Shown here: in pieces, positions 49,809-64,000 of the stretch
How positions within the stretch are numbered: position 1 is the stretch's first letter
Layout of the letters: each line of letters opens with the position of its first letter
Assembly (NCBI GenBank): GCA_046563655.1
Contig: CM102284.1
Coordinates: forward strand, 124,001-188,000
DNA length: 64,000 bases
Source: Yuukianura sp. NJ FZ-2021
Lineage: Eukaryota
Direction of reading: 5' to 3'
Made by a program: the position numbers and the translations under genes
Notes under the pieces: generated by a model
The model's database searches: none
What the model saw: only the letters and a program-made list of their open reading frames with translations
What the model was told of the DNA's origin: nothing

Positions 49809-52800
49809 GTGACACCCTCCCTTCCCATGTCATCGACCTCTCATTTCCTTGATTCTGCCTTTTAGTCACCCATCTTCATCCCTCGAGTCAAACAAAACAC
49901 AAATCCAGTTAAAGATGCAATCTACATCTTACAATTGCAAAAAATCAAAAGTTGACAAAGTTGCTCAGTTGCTGCAACTGATTGTTAATTCATTAGGTTG
50001 AGTAATTACTCGTCAGTGGAGGTGCGACTTTAAACTGTTAATTGCCAACTGCCTCCCCCAGCTTCCACTTTTTAAATTCTGATCCAATTTCACATTGGCC
50101 AACTTCTGTCTGTCATAAAATAAAAAAAAAAACAAGAAACAACTGCTTTTTAAAACAATGTTGCATAACGAAGGGAATTGAGGAAACGCGTTTGTGTTTT
50201 GTTGGTTTTTGAAATTGATCAATCATGAATTGAACCAATTCAAACTCTAAAGTGGTTCATCCAAATTATTAGCATGCGTAGATCATTCACTTTTCATCAT
50301 TTAAGGGTGGGATGTGCCAATTTGGGGGAAGGATTTTCGCAATTTTGAATTTCAACAATGCAGATTAAAATTTAAAGATGCAACTTAATTCCGAAGTTGC
50401 AAGATCAAGTAAAAGCTTAGCAAAACCAAACTCAAAATATTATAATTTATAAAAAAAAAGTTTGGAAGAATAATTAATAAAATACTTAATTAAAAATTTT
50501 TTTTTAAATCAATTTTTATGGTTCAACACATTGGAGATTTTTTTAAATGTTTTGGAGTTTTCTGCAAAGATTTTTGCTTAAAAAAATGACTTTCACTCTT
50601 TGATTTTCACCTTTTTTCTCCACTGCCAAAATTCGCGAAAATTTTTCTAGCGGCGTTTTAGTCTTTTAAACAGAAATGCGACATGAATTTGTAAAATTCG
50701 AAAAAGGAAGAGGAGATTTGCGTTTTTGCAAAAACTAGTTTTTGCAAAAGTAGTTTTTTTGAAAGTTAAGTACTTGATACGTCTCCTGTTGGTTGGAATG
50801 TGAAAGTGTGAACTTTTAAAGTGGTGTTGAGATGGCGTATGAAGAGTGTGGTGTTGGCAAAATATTTGCAAGTGGCGTCAACCTCTTAAAGGTTGGGCAG
50901 AAGCAGAGAGTCCAAGGCCTCTACCCACCCCAACCTCAAACACTTTTCGCAAAAACGGAATTTGCACAAACTCAACCTCCAACCTCCCCTCAACCTTAAC
51001 TTTTTCCAAGGAATTTGGCTCTTACGCTCTCGCATGTGTGTAGCCTTCTACAGGCAATGCGAAAGCTCACCCTTCCAAAATCCGAACACTTTGCAAAAAA
51101 TATGCGAACTCTGGAGAGCCTCTGTGCAAAAAAAACTGCGAATTCTGGACAAAGTGTGCAAAAAAGCTGCGAAGGGGGAGGGGCCTTTGGCATTTGCGAA
51201 CCACACGGGAGGTTCGGATCTCCGTTGAGGTTCCTTGTGTGGTTGTTTGGTCAAAGGCAGTACGATAAATTTTTGCATGTGCAAAAACTTGGCCACTTCT
51301 TGAGTCTGTTGGGTTTTTGCGAATAATTTTTGCCAATCAGCTGCAGACGGCTCTTTTGCGGGGGGAGGGAGAAGGAAGAGTTTATTAAACTCCTCCGGAG
51401 AGCCAAGAACAAAATCAATCCTAAAATAGGCCACCACCAATTCCCAAACTCATTCCCCCATCCAATTCTGTGCAAAAAAAAAATTGCAACTATTTTTGCA
51501 AAATGAAAATAAAAAATAGAACTTCGAAACCGACAAACTAAAAGAGGAAACAATTCCAAAAAAACACAAAATTGCACTCTAAAATCATAGATGCAAAAAA
51601 ATTGCAGGCGGAAACCGAAATTGGAAAATTCCGCAAAATTTGTGCAACTTTTGCATGGAAGTTTCAAAATTTATGAACTTTTTTCATTGCAACATTATTT
51701 TCGCCTAGCATTCTAACGATCCAACAGCTGTGCAGAAAACTTGCAAAATTTCCCTAAAAACGTAATTGCGACTAATTTTTGCGAATGAATTCAATTCCTT
51801 TTGCCTTTGTTTTTGCACAGACTCTCAACATTTCCAGAAATTCGCAACTTTTTTTTGACTGAGTCTGGCTCTCACACGAACTTCATCAGATTTGCAAAAA
51901 AAAAAGTTCCACGCTGCATCTGTATTGCATATTGCAAGCAATTTCATTAATTACGTCTCACACCGGTGGTAGGTGGAAAGAGCGGAGTCATTTTCGCAAA
52001 TTCTATTTACATCCATAGCTGCTTTCCATTTTTGCAAAATTTCGCAAACACTGCTTTTTTGCAATTCTCTCCAATTTGCAAATCTATTCCTACTTGCAAA
52101 TTTGCAATTCCTGTAATATGTTTGAATCCTATTTGGAATTTGTTTCCTATGCTCAGATCCAGTCCCATTTGCAATTCTGTCTCATTTGCGAATTTGGGAA
52201 TTTGCAATTTTGCGAAAGTGAGCTTAGTTTGAATCTGTGTTCTGTTTGCAGTGTGGAAAAACATTTGTTTGTTGATGGTTGCGTTGATCGGGGACTGATG
52301 CGAAGTTGGTCTCCTCCTGACCAGGGGAGTGTTGGAGTGCGAGAGTGTGTGTGCGAAATAAGTTTGCAAAAAGAGTTTTTGCAAACTGGAGAGAGGAGAT
52401 TGAGAGGGTATGCTATGAGTTGTTTTATCTAGTTTCTAGGCTAGACTGCTATGGTTTACACTTGAGCCTGACCTTCAGCTGGTTCCCATTAAGAGTCTAC
52501 GCATGCGATGCAATTCCATCTCTTGTGCTAAAATCCCCCTCATCTCCTCATCCTCTGAGGCAGGAACGGTGGACAGGACGAGGAACCGTCTCAGTCGCAG
52601 CGACAACCGACACCACCACGATGCGTAGTCAACGCAGATTCAAAGCACACGTCTAGACTCTCAGGCTCCCCACCCTCAAGTACCCCCGAGTCAAGGTCAG
52701 TGATCGAGTCCATGCTGGAGCAGTGCTGACCAACACACGTTCACTCCCACAACATACTTAAGGGCTCCTCTCAACTGGAGAGTGTAAGTACAATTTAAAA

Positions 52801-53252
52801 AAACACAAAGTTTTAAAAAGAGGAATGTGAAAAGAGCGAAAGAGAGAAATTTTAGAGAGAGAAAGTGGGGAGGGAGGGGCTGCCCTGACCTCCTCACTCC
52901 GCTCGACTTTAGGAGCAGAACAGAAGCTGCTTTCTCCTCAGTCTCCAAGTTGACATGGACTGGAGCACTGGTCCCACCGAGTCCCACCTCAACCTAACAC
53001 TAGCCTAACTTTAGCCTAACCTAACTCCACCTTAGCCTAACTGTAGACTCATCCAACAACCGACTAATCCTCAGAATCCGGGATTTTACAGTCTGCATTC
53101 GTGGTTTTAAACCTTCAAATCCTCACCAGTTCCTGTTTGAACTTCAGTCACTCTTGAGCTCTCCTCTCCTCAACTGCATCCCCACTTTCTGTTTGACCTT
53201 GACCTTTGACCTTTGGGTCAGAGGACACAAGGAGTTCAACATAGGGTCAATA

Positions 53253-59262
<6,010 letters not shown>

Positions 59263-60459
59263 CTATATGAGAACGGGGGGCGTGAGTGGAGGGGGGTCGA
59301 CGGGGGGCGGAGGGGGGCTGGCCATGACTCAAACTGAATTCAAGAGGAGCTCACATTTAGCAACAAACAACTTTCTTCATTTACTTTAATGTTCCGAGGG
59401 GGGAGGGGGAGGGACAAACTGCCAGGGTGGATTTCCACGTGATTTTCTAATGTCGTACTGTGTGGGTATCTTGCCCTTCAGTTGCAACTTGTAGACTAAA
59501 AAGTGAGGGGAGGAGCTGAGAAAGTTAAACCTAAAGTAATTAATTACATTAATTAATTAATTAAGTCGCTAGTCGTTGAGAGGAGAGACTGTTTTGGAGC
59601 TGGACTTCGATGATATTACTCAAAGAACTTGGTGATTCGAAGAAAAATGCGGTGGGTTAACTTAACTAAAGGTTAACTAGCCTATGGATTAACCCATGGG
59701 TTAATTAGCCTGTGGTGGGTTAACTGTACTATTGAGCCACTTGAATGATTAACTAATTGAGACTCAACTGTTGCTTAGGAACAGAACTTTTCTAATTTTA
59801 AATTGAGAGGAATGTGTGATGAAAAAGTACCTAAAAGGGGGCACCCTGCCAACGGCTCTTTCCAGATTCAAAACTTACAACTTTACAAAGTCATTGGCAC
59901 TCCAGCTTTAAAAAGTGAAGCAGTTACACTATTCAGCATCTGTACATAGACCAGTTACACTTAATTAAGAGATGTCAACTTTAACTTTAAATTAATTACA
60001 ATTAAGTTCAATTGTAACTTTAATTTAAATTTAACTGTGCATCTCCCGTTAACCCTCTTAGCTTTAATTGTCTCTCTTAACAGGTAGATTAGTTTCTGGT
60101 TTCGGATCTACTTTTATTCCATGTTTAACACAGGCTTAGTTCTCTTTAGAATGTTGACCCAATTGACCCATATTTTGACCCGTATTTTGACCCGTGGCAA
60201 ATCAGGATTTCTGGATTCTGGAAACAGTAGCAATGCTAAGAACGACGAAGGCTGCGCTTGAAATTGCAAAGATTGAGGAAATGTACCTAAGAAAATAATG
60301 TGAACGAAAATGTTTAATCGCGCGTAAGAGTTTAAAAACTAAGTGAAATTTTACTTTCTAATTTCGAAACAATTTGTAAAACTTTTTGAAAATGGGACAA
60401 GTTAGGAGAGAGGAGAGTAGAGCTATTTAAAAAAGTATTTATTTTAAAGGAGGAGGGAG

Positions 60460-60555
60460 AGTGATTTTTCAAAAAGTGCGGGAGATTGATCGTAATTTTA
60501 AAAAAGTGCGGGATTGAGCGTAATTTTAAAAAAGCGGATTGATCGTGATTTGGAT
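60460..60555. repeat. Short tandem repeat (AAAAAGTGCGGGATTGATCGTAATTTT-like, three copies) in the probable BTB-ZF 3' UTR
   Basis: Three degenerate copies are visible; next AATAAA at ~60832. Confidence 0.65.
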
Positions 60556-62399
60556 AAGTCGGGAATAAGTGAATCTCCTTTTGACAGTATTGTTGTTCTA
60601 ATTTTATTTGTTTTTCCGTGATACTAAGTTTGTGATAGGCAGAGGGGGTGACAAAGGGCTTTCGTAGGTGTACCTTGTGTCAATTTTAAGGTGGGACCGT
60701 GGTGGGGCCGGGGTGGGGCAGTACAGGTGGGGCAAGTAGAGTTAAGATGTGGGATGTACCTGTACAGGATTACTGACTCTGTGATTTGTTGTTAATGATT
60801 CAGAATGGAGAGATCTCGCTTTTTGTCCAGCAATAAAATGATACAAGAACCTATCGCACTTTCTCCGTTCTACTTTCACCAATTTATTTATCAAAGTTTT
60901 CTGTTTCCAAATTTTTGCAGGTCAAAAACAAATGTTAGGCACTGCTAGAATTAAAACACAAATTCAAAAAAAAAAATCAAAAACTAAAAGCTGGAGCGTT
61001 TGCAAATAAAGTGAAAGTATATTTTCACTTTTCTTTCGGTATCAAACTCATTCAATAAAAAAGTGCAAGTATCTGGACATGGTATTTTGAAACGTTTCAA
61101 AAATCAAACGTTTTGTAAACGTTTAGCAAATCGAACGTTTTAAATTATGAGGTCTGAAGGTTATGTGGTGTTGGTTCTGTTTTGATTAGACTTGTGTACC
61201 TCGTTTTGCAACTTTTAGTAACTTGACAAGGTGTTTGTTGTGCTAAATTTTGTTGTCCTACAAGTGCATTTAGTACGTCTGAGACTCAACAGGAATAACA
61301 GGAATAGAGTTTATCCGTAATTTACAAACACAATCACAAAGTCACTCGTTAACTCCTTTGTCATTTCAACAACTCGTTAAAGTTTTTCAGAACAACATAG
61401 TTTAAAAAAAACTTTGTATTTTTAAGTCATTGCGTTTGAGGAATTTAGAACTTTTTGTTGCTGCCAAAGCTAGTGTATTAGTCGTGCACTAGAGTTTTCT
61501 TGTCTTTAGTGCGAAGTTTTAGCTGCTAAATTTTAATTTGAGGTTTTAAATACACGGAAATTCTGGAGCTTTTGAGCCACCATTTTTTCAGAATTAAATT
61601 TTCAACAACTTTTGCATTGGACGACTTTTAAACTCCAGACTGACTCCGTTCCAGCAAAACCCATGAATTTTTTATTACTTTTTGTCCAGACAAATGCGCA
61701 ACTTTTATTCCAAAAACTTTTACTTTTCTTTTACTAAATTTTTTTTTTGAAATTGAAAATCAAAATGTAAAACGTTGTCCACCTGTCGGAAGTTCATGGC
61801 TCACTGATTGTGATTTCAATTGTTTCTCATTTTGACGAGAGAAGAACAAAAGAGAGTAAATTAGTTACTCCCTCCAGTGCAAACGAAAGTAGTTACTCCC
61901 TCCAGTGCGTGAATCCCGTAAAACTTCATCCGTTGCCTGAGTCTGTATCTCTGCTTTGGATTTGCGTCAAGACACTCTGTCTGCCTCGCATTGATTTTTG
62001 AAGACGCACGGTCTGTCCAGAACGTCGTCTCTTCGTGTTGACCTTGGGGAAGGTCACGCTTCGACGCATGTGAAACTAAGTCTCCACGCACAGAGACCCA
62101 GTTGGGAGGAGAAGGCGCCGCAGAAAGAAAAAAGTGGAGCTGTGAGCAGGAATTGATCCCTCGTCCACCACTCTTCCAGCCGACCCTCTGACCTCTCCGC
62201 TCTCAGCCCAACCAAGCAGTAAGTCGTATTAAAAGTGAGTTTAATTGAGTTTAATCGAGTTAATTGAGTTGGAGAATGGAATATTAAGTTATAACTGAGT
62301 GAATTGTGAGTTGGTGGATAGTTTTAGGGTGTTGGCGGAGAGGGAGTGACTGGGCAAGTGCAAACTCCGGTTGTATCGACCGGGAGAGAAGCTGGAGAG

Positions 62400-63165
62400 G
62401 GATTCAATAGAGAATGGGTTATTAATTAACTTTCATTCCATTCCATCCCAATTATACCAATTAAGTTTGTTAAGGGCAATTACGTTAAATGTTTATTCTG
62501 GGAATCAGTTAAAGAACCACCGGATGGTCAGAGCCATGAAAATGGTCAGCGCCTCCGGTGAGTCCAAATCATTTGGCATACCCGGAGAACGCTTAAGACA
62601 GAAAACGACTTACTGTTAGCAGAAATCTAAGCGTAATGTTCAAATAACATGATTAGGTTAATGCAGATCTCATTTTAATAGTATAGTTACTCCCTCCACT
62701 GCATAAAACTAGGGTGTTTCTCTACTCCGAACTGGGAACTCACGCCATGACTTTAATGTCACAATCACTGCACAATTAGTGTTGTTGGGTATGGTGTTAG
62801 ACTTTACAACCTTTGTAATCTATCGGACTACTGCGCTGACCACTTATTACGGCGCTGACAGTAGTCCAAACAGTGATAATTAGTAATTAGTAATGCCGAA
62901 GTAATGGGTAAACCCGTTCCAAGCCTGGTCCGGACCTGGATTGCAAAAAGCTTGGTTTCGGCCACCTTTTAGCTTACTCCAAAAGTCTATTGAATAACCC
63001 GATTCAATAGACCTCGAGTTTTCTCCTGTTTGGCTCGGTTTCCTCTCACTTTCTGGTTGGCTTGGGGTTGGCTTGAGCAAAAAATTTTTGGATTGCATAG
63101 GTTTCGGCTAGCAATCCGGTTTGAAGACAAGCTCAAGCCAAACTCCATTCTCTATTGAATCCCCC
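62400..63165. mobile_element. Putative MITE(s) with GATTCAATAG-type termini
   Basis: 18-bp inverted repeat GGATTCAATAGAGAATGG (62400-62417) / CCATTCTCTATTGAATCC (63145-63162). Further CTATTGAAT/GATTCAATAG at 62987-63010 and TTGGCTTGAGC/GCTCAAGCCAA inside. Confidence 0.5.
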
Positions 63166-63219
63166 TACTGGAGGGAGCAGAGAGTGTTCTCTGGGCTGAG
63201 CTCAATCAATAGTTCCAAG

Positions 63220-63280
63220 ATGGAGTGGCCACTCTCCCCGACTCTCCTCATCCTCTCCTTAATTTTGCTCATTAAACAAG
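63220..63280 (+). CDS. First coding (signal-peptide) exon of a gene continuing beyond the window
   Basis: ATG GAG TGG... encodes MEWPLSPTLLILSLILLIKQ and ends at a perfect phase-1 donor AG|GTAAGT. An upstream non-coding exon appears to end at a gtaagt donor at ~62219. Confidence 0.6.
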
Positions 63281-64000
63281 GTAAGTTAACCACAATTAAC
63301 TTTAAAATAACTTTAAATAGGGTGGTACTTAAGTATTTAATGCAGGAATGGAGTAGAAACAAAGTACAGTTTCAGTTTAGACTCATTTTACAAGGCAGCT
63401 GCTCTGCTAACAATCTTACAACTTGGAAGCTTTGCCGCAGTTACAAATCAAAATTTTCATTTTGACTAAATCCGTTTTTATTTTAAGCATTTTGAATTTC
63501 AGACATTTCCTTTAGTTTCAAAATTATTTTCTGGTTTTTGAGTTTTTAATTTTGAAACAGTTGGAACTGCAACATTTGAATTTTGTGTTTTTGCGAGTCA
63601 CATAAGTTGTGCATGGGTTGTTCCACTTGTCTCCTCTGTTTCTGTCATCTTGTTCTAAATTTAACCATTTCGAATTTTTTTTTGAATGTTTTCTAAAACT
63701 GGTTTTTGAAAAGAGCAAATGTTTTGTAAAAGTGCTTTTTGAAAAGAGCAAAGGTGATAGTTTATGATGGGTGTTGGAGAGACCAACTGGAATGACCTCC
63801 TTTCTCATCCAATGACTCAAAATTCACCTCTGCCAACATTCTTTTTTACTTTCTCCGCCCAAAGCCAAATGTCACTAAAACTCTCAATTTCTAATTTTTT
63901 TCAAAAACTATAGCTGGAAATTTTGAAATTTGAAATATTTCCAGTTTTGAAAAGAATTCTGAGCCCTTGAGCAGGAAGTGCAGAAAAGGCAGAGGTCATT

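Overview
Gene-dense, AT-rich eukaryotic DNA with many short GT-AG introns. The gene content (ZP protein, AAP(V/A) cuticle proteins, Ttk-type BTB zinc finger, CG42342-type collagen) points to an arthropod; the compact introns are compatible with a springtail, but the species cannot be fixed from sequence alone. Reading splice sites by hand gives about 14 genes. In order: the 3' end of a USP22-like deubiquitinase carrying a 7-bp frameshift, CWC15, an orphan ORF, a selenoprotein T homologue with CxxG instead of CxxU/C, a PPM1H-like PP2C, BCAP31, a ZP-domain membrane protein, an orphan secreted preproprotein, a secreted acidic/Tyr-rich protein with two alternative 3' ends, a ~33-exon transmembrane (MACIT) collagen with 12-27 nt microexons, two paralogous cuticle proteins flanking a small secreted gene missing from the ORF track, a BTB-C2H2 transcription factor, and the signal-peptide exon of a further gene. 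Non-coding structure includes a duplicated ~1 kb module with a ~100-nt hairpin upstream of two housekeeping genes, several MITE/foldback elements, intronic minisatellites and recurrent motifs. No tRNA, rRNA, CRISPR or prokaryotic features were found. All exon models are manual and unverified by transcript data.
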